DNA of 64,000 nt. Source: the human T2T-CHM13v2.0 reference genome, Homo sapiens. The stretch is taken from the NCBI RefSeq assembly GCF_009914755.1, contig NC_060931.1; one strand, written 5' to 3'. Positions within the stretch are counted from its first letter, which is position 1. The number at the start of each line of letters is the position of its first letter. The notes beneath the pieces are model-generated. The model did not search any database. It was not told the origin of the DNA and was given only the letters and a program-made list of their open reading frames with translations. A program made the position numbers and the translations under genes. Shown in pieces: positions 13,885-25,953 of this stretch.

Positions 13885-16640
13885 CAGCATTTTTCTGTTT
13901 TTTTTATTCCTCTTAGTGCTTCATTTTAGATCGTTTCTATTGTTTAGTCTTCAACTTCATGATCTTTTCTTCTTCAGTATCAAAACTGATGTTATTCATT
14001 CAATGTATATTTATTTTTACATTGTATATTTGTCTCTAAAAGTTCCATTTAAGTGTATCTCCTATTTTCCCTTTCTCTAATTATATTTTCTTTAAATTTT
14101 TGAACATATTTTTAGGTTATAATAAACTTTTAAAATCCTTGTCTACAAATTTTACCATATTTTGTCACTTCTGAGTCCTCTTATTGTCTGATATTTCTCC
14201 TGGTGATGGGTTGTATTTTATTTGCATGCTCATTCATTTTTACTGAATACTGATGTTGTAAATTTTAAATTTTCTGGCCTTAGATTTTGATGTATTCCTA
14301 TAAAGGGTGTTGGTTTTTATACCGGCACAGTTAAATTACTTGTGGATCCAATTGATCATTTGAGATTTGATTTTAAGCTTTGTTATGGTAGATTTAGAGC
14401 AGCCTCTTGAGGATTCTGCCCAATGTTCCATGCATTACAAGTTTTCACCACTCTGCAAAACAAAACACAAATTATTCCTGGACCTGTAAGAGCTCTGTGA
14501 ATTGTTTTTGCTTACTCTTTTCAGTAGTCCTTTCCTTTGCATCGGAGTGTTTCATCTCATGCATGCACATGCACATATCAGTACTCAAAAACAGAGGGCC
14601 CCTCTGAAGTTCTCCAAGGCATGCACTTTCCCAATCTCTCCCTCTCTCACTCTCTTTTCTCTGTTCTCTCCTGTATGTCACTCTCATTGAAAAGTTCAAA
14701 TTCTAGCCCCCTCAGGAGGGGACCAGAATTTTCATCTCTGTCTTTGCAATTTGGCTGAGCTTTGTTTGGGTTCCTCTCCCTGCATCATAATCAGGAAATC
14801 TCCAGTCAGCAAACTAGCCCAACCAATTGTTTCTCTTCTGTTAAAAGAAAAACTGTAGACAAATTAAATGGAACAGAGTTTAACTGAGCAAAGAACAATT
14901 CGCCAATTGGGCAGCCCACAGAACCAAAATAGGTTCAGAGCAACTCAGGGGCTGCCACATGATCCAATAACATTTACAGACCTCAAGAGAAAAGTAACAT
15001 ACAGAAAACGGAAGTGAGGTACAGAAACAGCTGGATTAGTTACAGCTTGGTGTTTGCCTTATTCAAACATGGTTTAAGCAGTTGGCTCCCCGTGATTGAA
15101 ACTTGGCTGCTGTGACAGGCTGAGAACTGGCTACTCGTTACAAGAGTAGGTTACAATCCTTTACACATCCATTTAGGTTACAGTTCACTATACGTGGAGA
15201 AACCTCTGGCTGAACTTAAAAATACCTAAGGGGGCAGCTTTAGGCTAAAGTTAATTTAACATCTCAGAGATCACAGCTCTGCCCCCTTCTTACTGTTCAT
15301 TGTCTGAAAACCACTATTTCACATTTTCCCAGCTTTTTAGTTGTTTACAGTGAACAGCAATTGCCATAGCAATTAATCCTCCATGGGCAGAAGGTGAAAC
15401 CCATTTATTGCTTTTAGGCCTGACCTCCACTTTGTCTGATATTAAGATCATGAACTCTGCTTTTACTTTTTTTTAGTCCTGTGGAATACAGTTCAGAGTT
15501 ACCTGTTTCATTTCAATCCAATCTGAGATTGTCATTGAGTAGAGGATTGAAAACATTTATGCTTTGTTAACATGGCAAACACATCTGATTTCAGCAATTT
15601 TTTAAATTTAATTTTTTGTTTGCATAGTGCATTTAATCATTCTTTTTCATTTTAATGTTTCTTTGCTTCTTAATATGTGTGTGTAGGAGTGTGTGTGTAA
15701 TTTTTACATTTATAAAGTACTGTTGTCCTAGTGTGTTTAGCTTTATAATTTTATATGATGCATTTTGTTCTCTATTTATGAAATAATAATTTCGCATTTT
15801 AATATTTGCCATTATAAAATCATATTTTTATTGCTCCGATATCTATTCTTCAGCAATGTATATCAATCAGTAATATTTTCTTTCTAATTTAGTACCTTTG
15901 TAATCTTGAAGATGCTTATATTGCTTGATTTGTCAGACTAAAATAATATATTTTAAATTTCAGCTATTTGAAGTGAGGCATTCTGAGAAACTACTTAGTT
16001 CACACCTTCTTAGTCCTTCTTCCTAGCAAATATTTCTAGACGTGAAATACCAACTTTGTCAAGACACACAACACTTACATCCTGTTCTAGCCTCCTAATC
16101 CACCTGCTATATTTTGTAATTCTAGAGTTAAACATTTTAAATGTTCATTGCCAGTCTTTTTGCCCAGCAGTCTCCAGTTATCTTTTATTAACTTAAAGTG
16201 TAACCTCTAGCAATTTCTCAAGAAAAACTGATGTACAAAAAATTTCCCTAAGCCTGCATGTTTAGAGTGGCATGAGTGTGACCTTTCTAATGGAAGAGCA
16301 GCTTTACATATTTGTATTCTTCAGAACATACTTTTTTCTTTTTCTGTTTCTATGCTTCTTTATTGTCTGCTGATGTTGAATGTTGCTGAAAGGAAATCTG
16401 AAGCCAAACTGACATTTTGTCCTTACAAGAGATTTGATATTTCTTCTGGAAAGCTGAAAGTTTTTTTTTTTTTTTTTCTTATTCTAGTGTCCCAAAATTT
16501 TACTAGAAAATGTCATGTTGTTCACCTGGGTCAATTTTCTCTGACATATACCCTTTCTCAATATGTAAATTATGTAAATTTAGCTTTTTTTCTCCCCCAA
16601 GAAAGTCTTTTCTTGAACAATGTATGGAACTGTTTGTTCT
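13885..16640 (-). mobile_element. Old L1M fragments (5'/ORF1 region), antisense
   Basis: T-rich antisense L1 signature, e.g. 'ctgatgttgaatgttgctgaaaggaaatctgaagccaaactgac'. Confidence 0.6.
14839..15261 (-). mobile_element. MER57 (ERV1) solo LTR
   Basis: Minus strand begins tgttaaattaactttagcctaaagctgcccc; TG..CA termini; host L1 resumes 'tctcagagatcacag'. Confidence 0.85.
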
Positions 16641-16649
16641 ATTTTATTA

Positions 16650-18240
16650 TTTTGCAATTCTTTGAGATATTCTCCAGGATCCATTGGTTTCCACTGGTGA
16701 ACTCAAGGCAATTATGATGTAGATGTCCACTCGTGCATCCTTTAAATCTTTGCACATGGCATTAATCTCCATCCTCCCTACCCCAGATATCATATTGCTT
16801 TCTTGGACTACCTTGGCCAGAGGTGGGTCAGTTTCAGAGGATTTCACTTGGCCTTCCACACTATTACAGCTCTTATCCAGCAGCCAAAGGCCCAATGTGG
16901 GATTTGTACCAAATACCAAGTATGTCTGTCCCAATCACATATTCAGATACCATGAAAATGATCACAACATCAGTCTGCAATAGACCCTCTGTGAGTCAAA
17001 TATTGGCCAGGACCCTACTTATTACCTTCTCCCCACATCCCCTCTCTTTAACAACAAGGGGACTATGAAAACTATTTGGATCTCTGGGTATGATGTTAAC
17101 ATGGAGTTTGTATCAGAGTCCTTAAAATATTCCCCTTTCCCCAGTGTACAGTTACTCAAGTAAATAGTTGTAAGTTATTTCAGGGAAGAATGTGGGGATT
17201 TACTACTTTGTACACTTGTCATGGTATCGCGGAGTTCTTTCTTCAAGGGATATAGTCTTTTATTTAATTATTAGATTCCAAGTATGAAAACTGGCTAATG
17301 TTTGTAAACCAGGCTGGGACTGTGGGTTTTAACTGAGGCAATTGCCCTCAACCATCCATTCTTAAATATATCTGAGGATACTAATTGATTGGTACTCTTT
17401 TTGGCTGTTTATATATTACACCCCTTGGGACACCATGTTCGATTAACAATCTCCATAATTTTCTGTGTATGAGTCCATTTGGACCTTGCCACTCACCACA
17501 ATGATTGCATCTATTATACTTTGGACAGGTAAGCTCCACCTACCTGCTCCACAGGGGTCTGTCTGTGACTATCATTCCTATTGCTATCGGTGAGTCTAAT
17601 TAGGTAATGGACTCTCCTACTACTATTCCTGAGCAATAAAGAACAACTCCTGTACTTACCAGTGATCCTCGTACCTTTCTTACCAGTGCTAGCCTTATGA
17701 CCTTGGTAAATAGTGCATCCTTTGGTCATTCTCATAGTGCATAGTTAGTACATAGTAATCTGGTGGGTTCTCCAGTTTTACATAGTAAAAATACTCCAGC
17801 ATGAACACTTCCCTGAGTTTATCATCGCTCTTCCACTGTCTAACATTTAAAAAATTTGGCATTTTGAACTCACTAAACACAGCCATAGCATATATGTCCC
17901 TGTGTCCCGTGATCTTTGTCAACATGTTAAATCCTGTATTTCAGGAAAGTGCTCCGAACTCAATACATTCTCCCTTATTTGATTTACATCCTGACCCCTT
18001 TGATAAAGCATCCTTAGGATCTAATCCTGCCTATAATCCCCCAGCTCCTGAGACTAGATTTTGTAGTTCCTTTGGAGTAAAGACCCTTTTCTTTTTTATC
18101 ATCTTTTTTAAAAATCCTGGCTCTGACTTGATTATGCTGTGACTTAATCCTAATTATAGTACCAGGGAAAGCAAAGATATATTTTGAGAACAGCACACTT
18201 GTCTTGTTAGGGAGAGTAATGCACATGACTTTTTGACACA
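16650..18240 (-). mobile_element. ERVL-class (HERV16/ERV3-16A3-like) internal relic: gag-pro-5' pol, frameshifted
   Basis: Minus-strand peptides: gag-like 'KLREVFMLEYFYYVKLENPPDYYV', protease-proximal 'VTVHWGKGN' (17129-17155) followed by 'DTNS', RT N-terminal 'EINAMCKDLKDARV...SSPVETNGSWRI'. Confidence 0.85.
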
Positions 18241-18559
18241 TGCTGCTACACTGCTGAGAATTTTCTCAACAACTTATGTACTATTATATAGTTTATGCCC
18301 TACTACTCTGTTTTTGACAACCTTTATAGATAAGAAATTTTGCCTGCTCATTTTATTTTTTATTCTTTATTTTTGCTCCTTAATATTTTCTATAGAGAGA
18401 AATTGAAGATGCTGGTTTATGCAAACACTTTTAAGTTTAATATGCTCATGATATAATAACTTGCTGTCAGGAAATTTGGTAGCATTTGAAAAACATGTAT
18501 GGATATTTGCATATGTCCATGTAATGCCAATGATTATTGATATCAGACTTTTTTTTTAA

Positions 18560-19560
<1,001 letters not shown>

Positions 19561-19999
19561 GTATAGGAAATATTCCAAGACCTGGTTATGAGACCTTTAA
19601 AAAAAAATCAGTGAAATTAGAGAAAAAAAGGTGAGTTGGCCTTAAATCTTGACACACTTTCTCCACATTTCCTACTTTTCTGTCATTTTCTGCACCTATT
19701 AATAACCATCTATTAATTTCTTCAGTAGTCAGACATGATAATTTGGGATGGCTCAAAACAAAAGGAATATGGTGAGAGTGGCGCACTGGATTTTATAACT
19801 AGGCAGGTATACTGTATTTGAATCGTCTCTTGTTCTCATCGCATATTTAAGCAAGAAACATGTTAATTCAGCCATTGTCTGGGTGTGAAGAAAGTTTTCT
19901 CTCTCTTTCATAATTCTTGAGGGACATTCCAGTCCTCATAGCTATCTTTGATGTGGTATCAATTTATACAACCAATTTCTCCTCACTCCCAAAGTTTTA

Positions 20000-20305
20000 T
20001 ATGCTATAAACAGAGAGGCAAAAAAACAAAGTCCTTCTTATTAGGGAGTTTATATCCCAGGGGAGAGACAGACAAATAAACATAGGATATAATGTCAGGA
20101 GACAGTGAGTGCAGTGACAGGAAATAAACCAAAGTAGTGGGATAGAGAATGATCCAGGTGTGGTCTTTCATAGGCTGCTCAGAGAGGATCTCCCTCCCAG
20201 GAATCACCATTTTGGAAGAGCTCTAGAGTAAAAACTGTAGCAATTCATAGCAGTATCTATGGGAATAGCTTTTGGAGAAAAGGTAACATCAAGTACAAAG
20301 ACCCT
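20000..20305 (-). mobile_element. L2 fragment
   Basis: 'aaacaaagtccttcttattagggagtttatatcccaggggagagacagacaaataaac'. Confidence 0.65.
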
Positions 20306-20475
20306 AATCAAACAGATGAACCACCCAAATCATATGGAAAATCCAGTCTTCACAGGCATGGAGAGATGGCAGAAATTAGCATGCCAAAGATTGCACAGCC
20401 AACCACAGCAAAGTGGTGACCAGAACAAGGCATGAGGCAAAGTCAGGGCTGGGCCAGGAATATTGACACAAAGTA

Positions 20476-20553
20476 TTAGTTTGGCACAAAAGTCATTGCC
20501 GTTTTTTGCATTAAAGTAATGGCAAAACCACAATGACTTTTGCACCAACCTAA
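20476..20553. mobile_element. MADE1 (Hsmar1-derived MITE), palindromic
   Basis: ~80-bp inverted repeat ttagtttggcacaaaagtcattg...caatgacttttgcaccaacctaa flanked by TA on both sides. Confidence 0.95.
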
Positions 20554-20793
20554 TAGTTGTCCTCAGGTTTAGCGCCAGCTCAGGGGTCAACACAGGTTTG
20601 AATTATAATCCAATAGCACCACAATTCTAGGAAATGTATTTACACATTCCCACTTGCAAAACAGAAATAATATTACCAGTTCTCTGATTCCTTCATAGAC
20701 ATGTTTAAAGATTAGAAACAAAGCACTCGGAAGTTCATAGGAAACAAGAGAGAGACAGAGTAAAAAGTAAAAGTAAAAGAGAGATTCATTGTG

Positions 20794-21877
20794 TGTTGTG
20801 GGAAGCCAGGGACCCCAAATGGAGGGACGTGCTGAAGCCGTAACAGAAGAACATAAATTGTGAAGATTTCATGGACATTTGTTAGTTCTCCAAATTAATA
20901 CTTTTATAATTTCTTTCACCTGTCTTTACTGTAATCTCTGAACATAAATTGTGAAGATTTCATGGACATTTATTTTTCCCCAGTCAATACTCTTATAATT
21001 TCCTATGCCTGTCTTTAATCTCTTAATCCCATCATCTTTGTAAGCTGAGGATGTATGTCACCTCAGGACCATGTGATGATTGCGTTAACTGCACAAATTG
21101 TTCGTAAAGCATGTGTGTTTAAACAATATGAAATCTGCGCACCTTGAAAAAAGAACAGGATAACAGTGATGTTCAGGGAACAAGGGAGATAACCATTAGG
21201 TCTGACTGCCTGGGAGCTGGGCAGGACAGAGCCATATTTCTCTTATTGCTGAAAACATGTAAGAGAAATATCGCTGAATTCTTTCCCCAGTAAGGAATAT
21301 TAATAATTAACAGCCCTGGGAAAAGAATGCATTCCCAGTTGGGGGACCTCTCAAATGGCTGCTCTGGGAGTGTCTGCCTTATGTAGTTGTAGATAGGGAT
21401 GAAACACACCCTGGTCTCCTGCAGCACCCCAAGGCTTGCTAGGATTAGGAAATTCCAGCCTGGTGAATGCTAGTCAGATTTGTTCTCTGCTCTTGAACAC
21501 TGTTAAGATGTTTATCAACGACAACGCATGCACAGTGGGACATGAAACTTCATCAGCAATTCTAGTTTCACCCTGGCCTTGTGACCTTGCCCTACCCATT
21601 TGCCATGTGATATTTTATTGCCCTTGAAGCATGTGATCTCTGTGACCCACACCCCATTCGCACACTCCCTCCCCTTTGAAAATTGCTAATAAAGACTTGC
21701 TGGTTTTGTGGCTCAGGGGGCATCACAGAACCTGCCGACATGTGATGTCTCCCCCATACAGCCAGCTTTAAAATTTCTCTCTTTTGTACTCTTTCCCTTT
21801 ATTTCTCAGACCAGCTGACACTTAGGGAAAATAGAAAAGAACCTATGTTGAATTATTGGGGGCTGGTTCCCCTGATA
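20794..21877 (+). mobile_element. MER11 (B/C-like; HERV-K11/HML-8) solo LTR, 1084 bp
   Basis: Starts tgttgtgggaagccagggacccc; internal repeat aacataaattgtgaagatttcatggacattt x2; AATAAA at 21688-21693; 6-bp TSD attgtg/gttgtg. Confidence 0.93.
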
Positions 21878-22899
21878 GTTGTGTATTTCATTTTGTGTTT
21901 AATATGTCCTAAATTCCTGTTTCATGTTTAGTGGAGGATAATGGATTTGGTACCATCCTACTTCTAGGTACTGCTCCATTTTCTCAAGCATCTTCGAGAA
22001 TTTTACTAAGTGAAACATGAATCCATTGTATCCTTGGAAATTCAAAGATAATATTTATTTGGAGTTAAAAAAAAACCTGCAGGGTTTTTCTAAAAGGTAT
22101 ATATCTTATAGTCCCTATTGGTGAAATTAATTTAATTCACTTCTTTTCTTAAGTTTTTATGTTGACAATAATCTCCCCAGTATTGCTCCCTACTTGCTCC
22201 CATTCCAAAGGGAAGCACTGTTAACACTAAAACACCCTACTTTGTAACCGCTGGATTTGTTGCTCCATATTCATAAGTATATGGGGAGGTTTGAATAATT
22301 GAAAAAGTATAGTTTCAAGTATGCTCAACTAGAATGTCCTTGCCAAAATATAAAACTACTGTAACTCTATCTGAGATATTTTCAGAAAGCTGGAAAGTCA
22401 GAAATAGCTGATATTGCATCCTTTCTGCTTTTACTCACACAGGTACACAGAGACATTGAGACAAAAAATAAATTATGTAGTTTGTTCAAAATGACAAGGT
22501 GAGCTAACAGTAAATTTAAAAATATGAGCAGAAAAACATTTATGTTGTAGGGCTATTTGCTTTGGAACAAGGAGAGCTTTTGACTCTAATTTCAAAGAAT
22601 CATAAGGTTTCATAATGGGTAATAGATTTCCAATATTTAACAAGCTGCAAGAACAGTTCACAAGGTAGAATCAGTAACAACTTCAATTATTTTGCTACTT
22701 CCACCAGCAAACACAGTGCTTTTTCTTTCTACCAGGCACAAATTCTTTTATGCCTTTCCAGGATCTGAATTCCAGTAATTCCTCTCAACCTTAGAGGAAA
22801 AGTTTTGGCACACACATTGGCTTATAAATTTCAGAGGTAGTTCCTCAATTTGCAACAATTTTCAATGCTATCCATTGTTCTTTTGAAAAGTTCTCCTCT

Positions 22900-23310
22900 T
22901 CCTCTTATCTAAATAGTATTGATGGGGCTGCCAATCACAGTAACTCACCTGTCTCCAAAGAGATGGGGATATGACACATGATGGAGCAAATCATAGTATC
23001 CCTTTGGCATTTTTCCAAACTGGAAAAAAGAGAAAGAGTTCTTTTCTTCCAGCTTCCGAGTTTGCAATTACATGAGCTCAGAAGCTTCCTTAGTCATAGT
23101 TTTAGCTTTATGGAGATAGCTGGTTTGAGAACCTGAAGTTGAGACATACAGGAGAGAGGAGAGAGAGGAGAGGGGAGGGGAGGGGAGAACCTTGAAATTG
23201 GTGGGGTTTTTCTTTTTCTTTATCCCAGGTTTCTTACTTTGGTTACAAGAGTTACTAAATTGCCTTTTTAACTTAGACTATCTCAAATGTAACTTTCTTT
23301 TAAGCAATAA
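22900..23310 (+). mobile_element. Degraded ERVL-class LTR (LTR16/LTR33-like) containing a purine run at 23150-23190
   Basis: 'ggggctgccaatcacag..gatatgacac..ggagcaaatcatag' and GGAGA/GGGGA run. Confidence 0.4.
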
Positions 23311-23311
23311 A

Positions 23312-23735
23312 ACATGGCAATATTTTAGAATATCATTCCCATGATTGCATTATATTATGTGACAAAGTTAAAAGGATTTTGCAGATGTAATTAAGGTCTC
23401 TAATCAGCTAAAGTTAAATAATCTTAAGAGGCAATTACACTGGGTGGGCTGGACCTAATCAGATGAGCCCTTTAAAGAGGGTCTGGAGGTCAGAGATGAA
23501 TACAATTTAAAAATTCCCTCTCCTGTTATCTTTGAAGAAGAAAGACACCATGAGTTCTACAGTTGCAATGACTGAATTCTCTCAACAACCACATGAATTT
23601 GGAAGAGAACCCTGAGCTGCAGTAGGAAATTCAGACTCAGTGACACCTTGGATGCACCCTTGTGAGTCATGAGCAGAGGACTCAGTTAAGCTGTGCCAGT
23701 ATTCCTGACCCTTAGAAACTACAAGATAATAAATA
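23312..23735 (+). mobile_element. MLT1E-like LTR, partial
   Basis: 'ggattttgcagatgtaattaaggtctctaatcagc..gggtgggctggacctaatcagatgagccctttaaa'. Confidence 0.75.
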
Positions 23736-23809
23736 ATCAAAATTAGTTATTCATAGGTGATTAGAGCCCTAGGCTGTAACATATAATAATATAGCTTAAT
23801 TAATATTAG

Positions 23810-24000
23810 GAAAACAAGTATTTACCAAGTGTTCAACATGTACCATTCTCTATGCTATTTTCCTTGCAAACTCATTCTTCCTCACAAAAATTTGGAAGAA
23901 AAATATTACTAGCTTCATTTTAGAGACCCCCCAGAAAATTAATTTTTCCTCAGGTCACATAACTGTTACATGATAAGACAAAGACTGAAAGCCAAACTTG
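23810..24000 (-). mobile_element. MIR fragment
   Basis: 'tattactagcttcattttagaga..caggtcacataactgtt'. Confidence 0.5.
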
Positions 24001-25873
24001 TTTAATATTTGCCTTTGGCCTCTACAGTACACAGGATGCAAGCATGTTATAAGTGCTGCAAGCATGTTATAACCATGCTGACAAAACTATGAAACTGAAG
24101 CCAGCTTGTCTTAAGTAAGTGCTCAGTCAAAATTCCTTCTCAAAAGACCCTATTCCAAAGTTGCAGAAATCATACTCCATTTATTTCCATCACAATAATC
24201 ACCCAGGTGAAGTTGTTGGAGGCTATATTGCAAAGACATGACATAGTCACCTTAAACAAATGTACACTCCTACTCTAAAGAGGAAGAAGTGGTAGCCTCT
24301 AGAGAAAAAAAAAATGCTTCACAATATTAGAAATCATTGTCAAGGCATTCACATCAAATAAAGTGTGCATTAAAAGTTTCTGTCCACTCATATGTTTTCT
24401 GTCAAGTTCTCCCAGAGTGTCAGTGTATCTACCTGGATAATTTAGATGGAGTCTCCAGAATTATTTGCCCTTCAATGAAGGAGATTTTTTTTAAAAAGAC
24501 TTTGCCCCACTCTCCAATTAGAAACTGAGGGTAGTCTTAGTCCATCAATTGCTAATTTATTTGGTTTGTCAATCTAGATTGGATTAGGCAGACTTTTTAG
24601 ACTAAGTCATTGTATGTAGGTAGGGGACTTTTAATTTGTACCTTCAATTCCAATCTTTCTCTAAGGTTTAGTACAATGTACTTAACAGTTTTCTGAGCAT
24701 TGTCTCCTAGGTGAGCCATTAGCTTCATAAAATTATCCATCTAATCAAAGCATCTCGTCTATCTCTAATGCCTTTCTTCAGAATGTGTTTCCATTGGATT
24801 TTATAAATCCAGCTTGAAAACTAAGAATTTTTTACTCCCCCATATCAATCATCTATAATTTCATTATTTATAACCTCCCTTATTTTATCTGTTTCCCAGT
24901 TTCCACTGTCAATTTTTTTTGTGTGTGTACAAACCCTTATTAATAGATAGCCTTGAGTAGCTTCCAAGTAGGTATCCTGGTTTCAGGCATTCCTTCATGT
25001 ATATCATCCTGTACATTACTCCCAGACTAATTTCCTAAACAACACTTTGATCATAACACTTACGATGTTCTAGGGCTTAAAACTTTTTTGCTGGCTCATG
25101 ATCGCCCTTTCAAAATAAAAAAGCCTTTTTCCCAATTACAAACCAGCCTGAAACTATCTCTTAGTTTTCTGTCAGTTTCTTGCTCATATGCTATGCTTCA
25201 TGCAAATTAGACTGTCGCTATCCTATAAACATGTATTTTATATAACAAATGCCCCCAGGATCTTTCTCTGATGTGGTTAGTAATGCACTGACAGGAATTG
25301 AAGTTGTGTCTTCTTCCAGCATAAGAGATGGCACTCAAAGGCCAATTTCCAAAATGCCACTTACCTTCTCCCACCAGCACGAGGGACTGCAACATTCCAC
25401 AGTCCCCCAGCTCGTCAAAGCTTGCACAGATCACTTTCATAATGTTAAAAAAAATTGCTGGGATCTAAACTCATACTCTTTGATAGCTGAGATCTAAATA
25501 TTTATTTTTCTACTTATAAGGTTGTTCTCATGCTTGTACTAAAAGTATGAACAGACGGGGCAAGGACCCTTCTTTGGAGCACAATCATGGTACACCCAGC
25601 AATGTTTAATATAAGTCTCCTTTTCACTATTATGCCAAGAGATTAAGGGGGCACATGCATTCTTCTAGGATGCTTACTCCCACCAATAACTTGTTTCTCA
25701 ATACACATATTGTGACTTTATGAACGTGTACTCACCACCTCTCCATACATGCCTACTTTGTTCCTGTAATGTTCCCAAGCTTGAATATTGCTCCCCATAA
25801 TAGCATATTAAAGTTCTGCCTTGTCTTACTGCAAACTGAAAAGTTACTTTATCCATGCCTTATGTCTTGTGTT

Positions 25874-25953
25874 CTCTAATCAGAAGAAAAAGATTTCATC
25901 ATTGAATTCCAAGAGCTCTAATCAGAAGAAAAAGCTTTCATCATTGAATTCCA
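25874..25953. repeat. Local tandem duplication, 38-bp copies, period 42
   Basis: ctctaatcagaagaaaaag(a/c)tttcatcattgaattcca at 25874-25911 and 25916-25953. Confidence 0.95.

Noticed and set aside
16647-17925. Domesticated retroviral gene
   Set aside because: Multiple stops and frameshifts, and a mutated protease active site (DTN).
20476-20553. Assignment to a specific annotated miR-548 gene
   Set aside because: Similar to the family by descent from MADE1, but I cannot match it to a named precursor without a search.
20849-20972. Repeat 'aacataaattgtgaagatttcatggacattt' x2 as a novel element
   Set aside because: It is part of the normal internal structure of MER11 LTRs.
25874-25953. CRISPR-like repeat
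   Set aside because: Only two copies, a 4-nt spacer, eukaryotic context and no cas genes.
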